From Perkinsus olseni (taxonomy: Eukaryota): a stretch of DNA of 33,240 nt. Positions within the stretch are counted from its first letter, which is position 1; each line of letters starts with the position of its first letter. A program made the position numbers and the translations under genes. The notes below the pieces were generated by a model that was not told where the DNA came from, ran no database searches, and saw only the letters and a program-made list of their open reading frames with translations. Below are positions 9,287-19,727 of this stretch, piece after piece. The stretch spans positions 1 through 33,240 of the forward strand of contig JABANN010000389.1 of assembly GCA_013115125.1 (NCBI GenBank), in the 5' to 3' direction.

Positions 9287-12244
9287 ATGTGTTTATACGC
9301 TTGTTGCGCTTGCTGTTGTGCCGGTGGTGCCGGTTGTTTCGCGTATCAATGCAGAGGCACTGCCAGAGAGATGCGCAGATTACAGGACGGCGAGGCTCGG
9401 TAGGCTACCATCTCTTCTTCGGTCACGCTCCTCGTTCTATAACCGTCAGGCCTTTTCACGCGTCTTCTCCCTCCTTCAGTCACGGCTCAGTTGTTTTTAG
9501 GCGTCTCGAATTCCCTCCTGAGAGCTTCTCAGCACCTCCCGAGCCCCTACTGAAGGACAAAGACGAACAAGACTACACACAGTATGAAAATGCTGTGCTC
9601 GTCAGGAAATCAGCAGATTCTGATGCGGTGAAAATATGGTACTAGCATGGGGCGGACCGATTATGGTCTTGGCACTAAGTTGACGGTCGTCCATCGCGAG
9701 TTGTATATGGGGGGATGGGGTATTCAATTTTTGATAGAATTTTTGTCAAAATGACTTCGTGAAATTGAAAGATCTTCGACACGCTCTAGGTACAAGACAT
9801 ACTGCCCCGCCTCGGAAGGAGACATTACTTGTATAATCGTAACTTTCCATCCCTACCGGAGCAATTCACAATTCCTCGTCAAGAACCATGCAAGGTAATA
9901 CCACACTCTACCCATATCGTTCTCGGGCTTCACCGTTTTACGGCGTCAGCCACGTCTCCGGTTGCAGCCGATAGACTATCATGGCCACCGACCATGTTAG
10001 CCATAGTCAAGCGTGAACCTCGTCTGCGGTTCAGAGCGATCAGCGTTGAACTCCCGGGTGTCAGTCTCTCTTCGCGTCAGATGCCTCCGTCACTTCGAGA
10101 AGGCGGCAGTGATCGTGTTCGATCAGCCTGGCTGTGGGCGTAGTGATGGCTGCTGGGGGTACTACTCGGTTTTCCAGTTGCCCTCTCGGTCACCTGTACA
10201 GCCCTCAGGTACATGTCTTCGTGGGACGACCATGTCGCACTGTGCGAGTCCTTCGTCAAAAAGGTATTACCTCTCGGGAGCGTATCTTTTTGTGAATCTC
10301 GCCCCCCCCCATGAATTGCTGGCCTTCGCTGTCTAACGGAACCTCGAAAACGAACTCATTTTGCCGCACTAGTGCGTAGCTGTTCTCATACTAACTCCTC
10401 TGTTGTTTGTAGCTGCGCGTTTTTGTCGATGAGAGAATTCATGAGTAGTCCATTCGACCGGTTTTGATGACGTAGAGTCATGGTCACCCCTTCAAGCCGC
10501 GTCATTTCGCAGTTCTCATATCGCTAGTTGGCACAGTTTTGCAATTTTTCCATCAAAATTTAGGTTGTCGTACCTCTTCGAGACAAAGTGTCAAAAGAAC
10601 AGCATCGGTCTGTTCCGATATACGGCTTCGGCGAATCCGTAGGGGCTAACGTCCTCGTCAGCTCGGCCTTGCAATCGTAAGTGCATCTACGGTGTGCATT
10701 CTGTCGTACCGCTCCTTCCCCAATTCAGATCAGATCTCTACAATGGAATCATTCTTGCCGGCCCTCTCGTCCGTGATGGAGACGCGGTGAAGGCCGGTGG
10801 TTTTGCCAGTAAGTTCCAGACCTCGGTCGGGATGCTAAATTATTGGACCAATTAGTAAACTAGGATCGTTCTGTTCGATCTGGCGTTTGCCATGCCGGTG
10901 GCACCGCTTGATCAGTCGGCAGTCTCTCCGGATAACGTTGCGTCTTGTACGCTTTTCAGAGGGGAACTTCTCGATCAGATTTCTTGGCCAAGTGCGAAGG
11001 GCCAATTTTCCCCAAGTACCCTGGTGCTCCCATGAAGGACGGTCTGGACAAGTGTTTCGTTGATAAAGACTTCGCCGATTTCACTAGTAAGTCTTCCGAA
11101 CGATCGTCTGATCCACAGATGAAGTGTCGCTGGCTACGATTGGCCCCTTGAGACACCACTTCCGTCCTCTGCGGTTCTCTATAGATCTCTACGGAAGATA
11201 GTCCCTCCGAGGAGCACCATTCTGTCGATAGTAGCGTCCTAGCTAGTCGTTGTAGCTCGTTGTGGAGGCTGATGAACCGTCCTGCATTAGAACTCAAGGG
11301 CCATCTTTACTACAGTGGTTCGTCCACAGGAGGACAGCCAGTTGTGTCGATAGTAGCGCTTTGGCCAGTCGTCAGTACTCGTTCTCATCTAAAGCAGGAC
11401 GGACTGTCCCGCATTGGAAGTTGAGGGCGGCATTTCTGTGGTTCTCTATACGTCTTAATGATCGTCAGTAGTGTCTTCACAAGAGGCCGTCTCATTCCCT
11501 CGATAGTAGCGTTGTGGCTAGTCGTTAACGCTCGTTCTGATCTGAGGGATGATGCCCTTTCTTGTATTAGGAACGGAGAACAAATTGCTATGGCGGCTTC
11601 CATTGCGTATGAAGACGAATAAGTCTATCAAAGCTGGACAAGAGTCGATTGAGAAATCTGCCGCTCAGTTGAAGACACCGATTCTGGTAGTATTCCTCTG
11701 GGCGGGTCCCTGCGCCCTCCGAAAGCCAGTGGGACTTGCCCAGTGATGTATTGGGGATAATTGACGAGCAGCATTGTTTTGACTTATACGGTTTTTTCAT
11801 CAGTTTAACCTCTCCTCACTAAGTGGAGTGCTGCTGAGTCGATCGACGATCTCGCGGAATTTTGGTATCTCTCAGATTCTGCAGGCTAGTTATGATAAAA
11901 TATCGTCCCCGGATGGATCGAAGCTGCTTTACGACCTTTGTGGTAGCGAGGATAAGTGCATTAAAGTTTATGATGACTGTGCAGAAGCCGGCCTTAAGTA
12001 GGAAAAATGCCTCTACCTGGGATTGAACCCGGGACCTTTGGCTTGAGACTTGCTGTATAGGTACTCTCACGAGCTCCTCAGTGCGGAGCCGGTAGAAATG
12101 GCTAAGCTTGTTTATAATGATATCACCACTTGGGTCAGCGCGAGAAAGATCCGCACGGACCCTCCGGCATCAGCTACATCCGCGCAGCCACAAGAGACAC
12201 CCCAGATCACCTCGGCGCCCGCCGCCCCGTCTCCTCGGAATTGA
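9287..12244 (+). CDS. Alpha/beta hydrolase, monoglyceride lipase/lysophospholipase-like, 11 exons (paralogue 1)
   Basis: Phase-consistent GT-AG exons: 9287-9399, 9501-9638, 9790-9894, 10081-10158, 10209-10263, 10564-10676, 10729-10808, 10979-11086, 11571-11686, 11876-11997, 12061-12244. Motifs FDQPGCGRSDG, GESVG (nucleophile), ILQASYD (Asp), YSHEL (His). Exon-by-exon homology to 16980-18863. Confidence 0.88.
12003..12050 (-). pseudogene. tRNA 3'-half-like fragment antisense in lipase intron 10
   Basis: Minus strand reads aaggtcccgGGTTCAATCCcagg-tagaggc-a-TTTTT: T-arm/B-box, 7-nt acceptor strand, discriminator and T-run. No 5' half or D-arm. Confidence 0.5.
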
Positions 12245-12802
12245 GGCTACTGTTTTAGACTAACTCCGATGAATTCAGTGACGCTCATCGGTTGTTTCCA
12301 TTAGTATTTCAGCTGAGTGATCAGCATACCGTTATCAAAGATAAGTGCACTATTTACTTGTCCGCTATTGACTTGACATCGCCGAACTTTATTTCATCTT
12401 CCGTAACTACGCTGTGCCTTCCTCCGACTAGGTTCCGTCGGCCTGTATCACTGTGTTTGAGTTCGAGTTGAAACCTGAGAGGAATCTTAGGTCGAAGCGG
12501 GGCTCGTGGGAATGTCCGGACGCTGGAAGCAATGATGTTGATAACGATGACAATAGACGGAGATTGGCCCCTCTTAATGGCGATGGATTCGTGGTGATGT
12601 TCTGAGCTGCCGTTCGATAGTGTCACTGTACTGTGACGGCATTGTTTCTGCGGCAGCGACCGCTGCGGGCGTAGTTTGGGAGATGAGTTCACCACGTCGA
12701 GTCCTTCTGGACGAGTTTGTGGTTTCGGCTCAATTGACATCAACAATCAACTCGCCTCGACGCGCAGGTCTGCATGCCTCGTTCTGGGTTATCATCGACT
12801 AG

Positions 12803-13720
12803 TGTAAGCCTGAAGTCTGTTCGCCGCTAACACTAAGGGACGGTTTCCTACAGTGCCACCCACTCTCTCGGGTCTTCCATATGAATCGGCCACCCAGGGC
12901 TGGTTAAGTCCAATGGTGTTGAGTCGAGGAGCTTTTCGATGGGTGGCCTCTTGAGGGAGGCCGGGTGAAGTCTCCTGTTTCTGCAAGTGGTTACCTAGGG
13001 TAAGTAGAGGTCGAGCGAAAGAGACGTCTGGTGGGGTCACGCCGCAAGAGGCGTTGGAGGGCGAGGGGTTAGTGTCCCGCATAACATGGAAGTGTGGCGT
13101 CTCGAGCACAGCGGAGCGATGCGCCCGGCTACCACCCCCAGTTCCGACGAGACCTGGAAAGTACCAACTTCCACGACCTTTCGTGTCTCTTTCGATGCGC
13201 CAAAATTAGTGTCTCGGCAGCCCTCAGCTTTGTTGCGCCAGCGGTTGGTCTTTTGGGTTGCTAATCCGACCGTCTTCGCAACCTCATCAGGGATTGCTCA
13301 CCATAGTTATGGTACCACCAGGGCGTTCACCACACCTTGCTCCCCCTCCCAGCTTGCTCTGATATAAACATTCTTATTCGCGTCGGATATGATGAGCACG
13401 GCTCGCCTTGCACGAGCATGGCGACGCCTTTGTGTAGCGTTCGCAAAATGTTTTAGTCGGGGGAGTTCCTCCAGTAGCATGTCCTTCGTTACTGTTGTGA
13501 CGGCCGCGTTCCTGACGAGAACTCATGGCGCTGGATGTCCGGCTTGCGCTTCATCCTATGGCTTCCTTAGTCTCAGAGAGAGAGCTGAGGAGATGGTTCC
13601 GAGGCATCGACTTCGGCGATTCTCTGAAACAGCGGATAAGAAGAATATTCGCCGCGTAGCTCCGCTTCTGGTTCGCTCTTCGTTCGTCCCCACTTTTGTC
13701 GGGCGTTGTTGTCTCTCACA
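12803..13720. mobile_element. Candidate insertion (solo-LTR-like) at the 5' end of the first PSSDDVP gene
   Basis: About 920 bp, starting TGTAAG and ending CTCACA, hairpin-rich. Abuts the start-less signal-peptide coding sequence. No clean target-site duplication at these ends. Confidence 0.25.
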
Positions 13721-13725
13721 ACAAC

Positions 13726-14657
13726 ATCATCATCATCATCAGGGTGCTTCTCCTATCTGTCCTTCCATACTCGACTCTGTCGCTGAATTCTGCCGCAGAG
13801 AGCTCGAGGGGTGCCAGGAAGGGTATTGCCCATCTTCAGACGACGTCCCTCCAGGAACATACATCTGGGATTCCGTGCCGCCGGAGTTGGAGCTCAAAGC
13901 CGCGATCATGGTGGTCGTCTATGAGTTTGGATCAGCTTCTGCGCACTTTAACCTTTTTGACAAGTCCGAGAAGAGCGAGCCATTCCATTCTGAGTTTTAC
14001 CAGCTGAAGGCTAGGTCGTTCACGGAGGATCTCTTCGACTATGGTGTAGGGAAATGCTACTATTTTTCCCTGCACAATATAGGGAAGAAGATTTGGCGCG
14101 GTCTGTCGGTTGGCGGTGGTGCGGTACGTAAACATGCCCTTCTCTGCACCAAGGATCCATCCACGAGTGACAATCCAGAATTAGTGCTCTACTTGGATGC
14201 TGTCCGAGGAAGGCAGAAAAGATACGAAAAGCTCCACATTCCGATCAATCTCATCTTCAGAGGCATCCAGAACATCAAGGTCGCGTCAGCGTTCCCTTTG
14301 GGACCTCAAGGCAGCGGTGATGGTCCTTGCACAAGCAAAGTGCTCTCTAGGGGCTGTGAATCGATCAAGAACGGCAAATACTTGAATACATCAGCGATAC
14401 TGCAGCTTGAAACCGGTGCCGATGGGAAACAATATGCTACGCTCACCTCGAACGATGGTGGCGACCGCTTCCTCCCCCTCACCAGCGTCCCGGTGGTTCC
14501 GGCTGAGGACTATTCCACAACCGGCTGTTGTGAACTGGGGAAGACTAGAATATTTATCTGCCCGACCGGTGCTGACTATCTCCTTCTTAGAGCTCCTGGA
14601 GTGGAACTGGAAATGGTCTACGCTGGTACGAATGCCTTTGAGTCCGAACTAAGTTGA
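13726..14657 (+). pseudogene. PSSDDVP family member A; signal peptide out of frame with the body
   Basis: The body (PSSDDVPPGTY...GCCELGKTRIFICPTG) is homologous to the 15130 and 20783 genes. The homologous signal sequence IIRVLLLSVLPYSTLSLNS lies in another frame (ORF 13696). The frame switch is near 13825-13830 and there is no ATG for the signal frame. Confidence 0.7.
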
Positions 14658-15129
14658 ATGACATTAAATATCTCCGGACCGCCCCGGCCATCGACGCTGT
14701 GTTGTTATTATATCAGTTTTTCGTGCTCTCTTGAGTGATTCTAACCTCACGTTCGGGCGGCCAACAACATACCCTATTAGCCTTTTCGCGCATTATCATC
14801 TATTTTCATCGCTAATATCTTAATCGGCTAAGCCAACTGAGCTCAGAGTTCTCCACGCCGTTCGAGGCACTTAGGCCGGTTACCGAACGCCGCCGCCGCC
14901 CCTCCGGGCTTCTCCGAAACTCAACGCCCGATATCAGATATCAGAATGTGGCTAGTGGTACGCTCAGAGACAGCAACGATGAGCTTGGCATCAACCATTC
15001 GTCCACCCTCTGATTATGATTCGCCGCTCGGCTTAGCTTCAGCGTAGTTTCTTGTCAAAGCAAGATAGGAGCAGCGCGATATGATCAACAGCTTCAACCA
15101 TTATCCAGCGTTTGAGCTTTCATTCAGCC

Positions 15130-16167
15130 ATGTCTGCCTTGCGTCACGTCACAATCGCCGGACTTCTCCTTGCGGCCGGTCTACCCTCTACCGCGTCGCT
15201 CGGTTCTGTCGTCGTGAGTCACGGTGTTTCAAAGCTGAGAGTTGTACCATCCTCGGATGATGTTCCTCTTGGAGACTACAGTTGGGGCTCTGTGCCGTCC
15301 GAACTTGCTGGGAAATTCGAGTCCGCTGAAATGAAGGTCACCTACGGTCTCAATTCGGCTACTGCGCACTTCCACTTCCTTGGCACGGCCAACAAGGAGG
15401 GCGAGCACTTCCACTCTGAGTTTTACGAGCTGAGAGACGATTCATACACGAACCGTATTTTCCGATATGGCATAAGGAGATGCTACTATTTCACATGTGA
15501 CGTACTGAAGAAGCTTCGTCGCATCCTATCGTTTGAGAGTGGTACAAGGAGCCACCGTGCCATTCTCTGCGCCAAGAACACATCCACGAGGAGCCATCCA
15601 CAATTAACGCTCTACTTGGAAGCTGACCGAGAAGTCAACAAGAGAAACGACCAGCTCAACATGCCGGTCGATCTCATTTTCAAGGCCAATCAGAAAACCA
15701 CAGGGGCTTCGGCGCCTCCGAGGGGACCTCATGAGAGCGATGACGGTCCGATGCCGGTCGATCTCATTTTCAAGGCCAATCAGAAAACCACAGGGGCTTC
15801 GGCGCCTCCGAGGGGACCTCATGAGAGCGATGACGGTCCGCCCACGAAGTCAGTTGAGACTTCCGCTGACCGTTGTAAATCGATGAAGGATGGCAACTAT
15901 TTGAGTTTGTTTGCCCTATTGAATCTTGAGACCGCGCAGGATGGACGACAGAGAGCTATGCTCACTTCACACGATCGAAACGAGAGGTTTTCTACACTCA
16001 GCAACGTCCTGGTGACCCCGGCTGATGACTTCAGCACGACGGGCTGTTGCCAACTGGGGAACACAAGAATATTTATCTGCCCGACCGGTGATGATGATGA
16101 CCATCTCCTTCTAAGAGTTCCTGGAGTGGAATTAGAACTGGTCTACGCTGATGTAGATGCACTGTAA
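15130..16167 (+). CDS. PSSDDVP family member B, secreted hypothetical protein
   Basis: ATG at 15130; signal peptide MSALRHVTIAGLLLAAGLPSTAS; intronless. Shares CYYF, LC-K, P-L-LYL-A and DG-Y motifs with A and C. Confidence 0.85.
   Translation: MSALRHVTIAGLLLAAGLPSTASLGSVVVSHGVSKLRVVPSSDDVPLGDYSWGSVPSELAGKFESAEMKVTYGLNSATAHFHFLGTANKEGEHFHSEFYELRDDSYTNRIFRYGIRRCYYFTCDVLKKLRRILSFESGTRSHRAILCAKNTSTRSHPQLTLYLEADREVNKRNDQLNMPVDLIFKANQKTTGASAPPRGPHESDDGPMPVDLIFKANQKTTGASAPPRGPHESDDGPPTKSVETSADRCKSMKDGNYLSLFALLNLETAQDGRQRAMLTSHDRNERFSTLSNVLVTPADDFSTTGCCQLGNTRIFICPTGDDDDHLLLRVPGVELELVYADVDAL
15661..15840 (+). repeat. Exact 90-bp in-frame tandem duplication
   Basis: 15661-15750 is identical to 15751-15840 (MPVDLIFKANQKTTGASAPPRGPHESDDGP x2). 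Confidence 0.97.
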
Positions 16168-16979
16168 GCTCAGCAGCTGAGTTGAATGGTGATGTCGTTA
16201 TCGCTTTGTCATGTTGTTGTTGTTTCATTTTGAAGCAACGATCGGTAGTCCAATGGCAGCGCTTTCGCCATGTTCGAGTGGCCCAACATGTTAACCGGCT
16301 TCTCTTGGGCCTTCATTTATGTTAATCACCCTGTGCTGTTCAATTGTGTCATCGTTGACGAATCCAACTCCGCTTAGAGTTATTAGTCACTCAAGATAGC
16401 CTGGCCGTATGATGCTGCCCCTTGGACCCTCTCTCAATCAACAATACATAATGGAAATCATTTAGTGCGCTAGTTAATGGCACGCTCAAAGCCAGGACCA
16501 CTGCGTTCGCTTTGGAAGCCTCTGAAGATCTTCGAGACAGGAGAGGAGGCGTCGCATCATCCTCGAGGCTTCAACGAACTAGTGCCCGTTAAAGACTCGC
16601 ACGCGCATCACTTGACATGCATCGGTAACGTTTTACCATGATCGCCATGGCATGATGTTAGTGGAGGGGCTGAGGGGTGTTCTTAGCTATACGTAGTTTT
16701 TACACAGCGAATTGCATAGCGGGGGTCGGGGTGGTTAGGTAAGTATTCCTGGGGTATTATTAAACTGATGTTACTACTATCTGAATCAGTTGAGGTCACC
16801 ATGTAGTTGTGACGGCGAGAATCAGCCGTTGTTGCGACTAATTCGGGCTTGAGGCACCGACCTGCAAGCACCACGATGGGGCCCCTAGGCTAGCCCAGTA
16901 TATCGACTTCTCGAGTGCTGCAGTCTCTGAAGCACCCGATCATATTCGCTGCTAGTTCTCATCATCTCATTATTACACT

Positions 16980-17732
16980 ATGAATCTTTGCGATCGTCGA
17001 GCCAAGCCCGACTACTCAACAGGAGTGGGCAGGTAAAGCAACATCCTTCGTGAAACGTGAGATAGTCACAGCTCTCCCTCAGGCGTCAAGCCTTCGAAAA
17101 GGACGGCCATCCTCACCCAGAAGAGCCCCTACTTAACGAGGAAGACGAGAGAGGATGTTGGGAGAAGACCGGTATGGTTACAGTACAGCACGATGGCCAA
17201 GATATCGGGCTATGGTCAGGCGACGCTGTTGGTCGAAAAAACAGAATATACAGTTGATATCAGGTACCGTATTTATCACCTCCCCGAGGGTGAAGAGCCG
17301 ACCTGCGTGATCGTTGGTTATCACGGCTATTCTGACCACTCTGATTTTCTCATGCACAATCATGCGAGGTGAGGCGTTCGAAATGTGGAGTTTGACACTC
17401 GAGTATTTCTCAGAGTCCTACGCCATACTAACAAAGCCACGGTTATCCTGTTCGACCAGCCTGCCGCCGGGAAGAGTGATGGCCTGTGGTGGTGAGCTGC
17501 TACCCCCTTTTCCTACCCTTCTAATCGACGATGCTTTCAGGTACATACCGTCTTGGGAGGACCATCTCAAGGCTACAGAGCAGTTCATCGATAAGGTGAG
17601 CGTATTTGGTGGCGACGGGAGTGTGCGGTACCGCCTATCGATTGCTGGTCCCTTGTTGGAGGAGATGAGTTTTACTGAATAGATCGGGATTTTTTTACCT
17701 GCTAATTTTAAGGGGGGGGGGGGGGGGGGGGG

Positions 17733-17776
<44 letters not shown>

Positions 17777-17795
17777 AAAAACAAAAAAAAAAAAG

Positions 17796-17827
<32 letters not shown>

Positions 17828-17890
17828 TGAAGGCGTGCCTGAAGGTGGTGGGGCGNNNNNNNNNNCCTCGCTTCCTCGCCCCCCCCCCCG

Positions 17891-17924
<34 letters not shown>

Positions 17925-18863
17925 CCCCCCCCCCCCCCCCTCGACTAACCAGAAACGTTCTCGCCAGTCTCCTCAGTAGTGTGCCTCTCAGGTCGCTAAG
18001 CCTCTCCAGAAAGACTTCGAAGACAGAGTCGAAATGAATGTGCCGATGTTCGCCTTAGGAGTATCTTTGGGTGGAAGCCTGGTCTGCCACTCGGCTATGC
18101 GAAGGTTAGCTCGAGCACTGCTTCACCTAACAGATTTTCCTTCTTTCTCAGACCTAAAATTTTTGATGGGGTAATTTTGGTAAGTCCAATGGTGAAAGTG
18201 GATGAAGCCATAAAGCCGCCGAAATTCATTGGTGAGTAATTCCGGTTTTTTCGCCTGTCCGGACTCCTGAGGGTTTTCATCTCAGAAATCATATTCCGGA
18301 AACTTGGGGCGCTGATGCCGAAGGCGCCGATCACCCCGACCAAAGATATACTCGACAAGTGCTTCGCCGACAAGGATTTTACGGACTATTCTCGTGAGTC
18401 CTCGACTGTAGCGAATTCCTCGAAGTGGTGAGTAATTCAGGCAAAAACAACAAGTTGCTTTACCCCAGCAAACCACGCCTCGGCTCAGCTCTCGCGATAC
18501 TTGCCGCTCAGGATTGGATATGCGAACACATGGAGGACCTCAAGACGCCTGTTTTGGTGACTCGTGTAAAGCATGATGCAGCGCCCTTGGATACCCTCCT
18601 CTCAGATTTTACATGGGAAGTACGATCAAGTGACCTCCTCCGCAACCTCCGAGGAGCTTTTCGGACGGTGTTCGAGCGAAGATAAGAGTATAAGAATGTA
18701 TGACGCGGATGAGGAGACCGGGAACAGGCGAGCAGTTCCCCTCGGCTTCCTGGTGTTAGGCTTGAAGTCTAGGTATACACATGTGGTTTTCGGAGGTCAA
18801 CCCGCTTGCATGTCGAAGAGACCTTTTGATGATGTTAAGGAATGGATTGCCGAGCGGAAATGA
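16980..18863 (+). CDS. Alpha/beta hydrolase, monoglyceride lipase/lysophospholipase-like, 11 exons (paralogue 2)
   Basis: Exons: 16980-17032, 17083-17214, 17264-17368, 17414-17491, 17541-17595, 17992-18104, 18152-18231, 18286-18393, 18441-18556, 18606-18727, 18773-18863. Motifs HGYSD, DQPAAGKSDG, GVSLGG, FDGVILVSPM, ILHGKYD, YTHVV. Confidence 0.9.
17711..17940. other. Assembly gap (10 N) flanked by low-quality G/A/C homopolymers
   Basis: N run at 17856-17865 within lipase intron 5; poly-G and poly-A before it, poly-C after it. Confidence 0.9.
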
Positions 18864-19478
18864 CTTGCACGATTCTCACGTACGACTAGTTTCCTTACTA
18901 GGAGTTTTCCGAGTTGTCACGATTATGCTAGGCGTAGTAGTGCCTAGCAAGAGGCGCTCGAGGGTGATCGGATGAGAAGAGGGTGTACAGACAGTCTTTT
19001 GTAACGGGACAACTGAAGGAGGAGGGAACATGTTAGATTTCCCGCCCCCCGAGTATTGTGCTGCATATGTATCGGGCCCCGCTAGAGTACCGAGAATAAC
19101 CGTACGTTCTTGGGCAAGAGGCTCAGCGGCTGAACCTCAGGCATTGACCTTACAGATCTGTAGTAGTGGTAGTTTCCATCCGAAGGCTATACCTGGCAAG
19201 AGCGTAGTCAAAGTGGAGAGTTCCGTGCGGCTCTTCGGGGACTTACGAAGAGCGACACATGCGGGCGCTCCGTGGTTTGAAGGCTCGAAATCACCTTCAT
19301 CTCAACGCTACCCGACCGGGTCACGAGTAGGATCATAATCATGTAACACGCGAAGCTTCCCTTGGGGGCGTCAGGCCGTCAGTGGTAGACATCCCGATAA
19401 GCATCGTGATGTGATGCAGACGAGCTGAAAACTTCCATGGATTGGCCATTGGCACAGGACGTCACGGCAAATTCACGA

Positions 19479-19727
19479 TTAGCTTAACACGATGTCTTTG
19501 ACAACATCCTCGGAGGCGTTATAAGACTCGCCTGCCATGCGAGAGACACCGGGATCGATGCCCGGGTTCTCGACCATGTAATCCAGATAACCCAATACCC
19601 AGATATAGGAGAAGTGAATCTCAATTTGAGATTCTCATTAATGTATGAACAGGTCAATAGTAAATCACTTGAGCCTAGCAGAAGGCGATCTCACAAACAA
19701 TGGCGTGCGCGCCTGGGAGACGACAAC
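19479..19727 (-). pseudogene. Diverged 3' part of a relative of the 23005/25426 family
   Basis: Minus strand reads IHFSYIWVLGYLDY...GESYNASEDVVKDIVLS*, versus ...FHLGY...LESYNASVDVVKGILYD*. DNA acaacatcctcggaggcgttataagactc matches acaacatctacggaggcattataagactc. Stops upstream indicate an intron or decay. Confidence 0.6.

Noticed and set aside
11160-11530. CRISPR-like repeat-spacer array
   Set aside because: Eukaryotic intron; only three degenerate units, irregular spacing over 100 nt, and no cas genes.
12003-12080. Complete tRNA gene
   Set aside because: No 5' acceptor strand or D-arm; that position is occupied by lipase exon 11.
13389-13725. N-terminal 110+ aa of the 422-aa ORF, including the His run
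   Set aside because: Not homologous to the paralogues. The His run is a (CAT)n repeat read in the wrong frame, and the true signal peptide is in another frame.
17711-17940. Poly-A/poly-G/poly-C as a retroposon tail or G-quadruplex
   Set aside because: These runs flank an N gap and are typical low-quality read ends.
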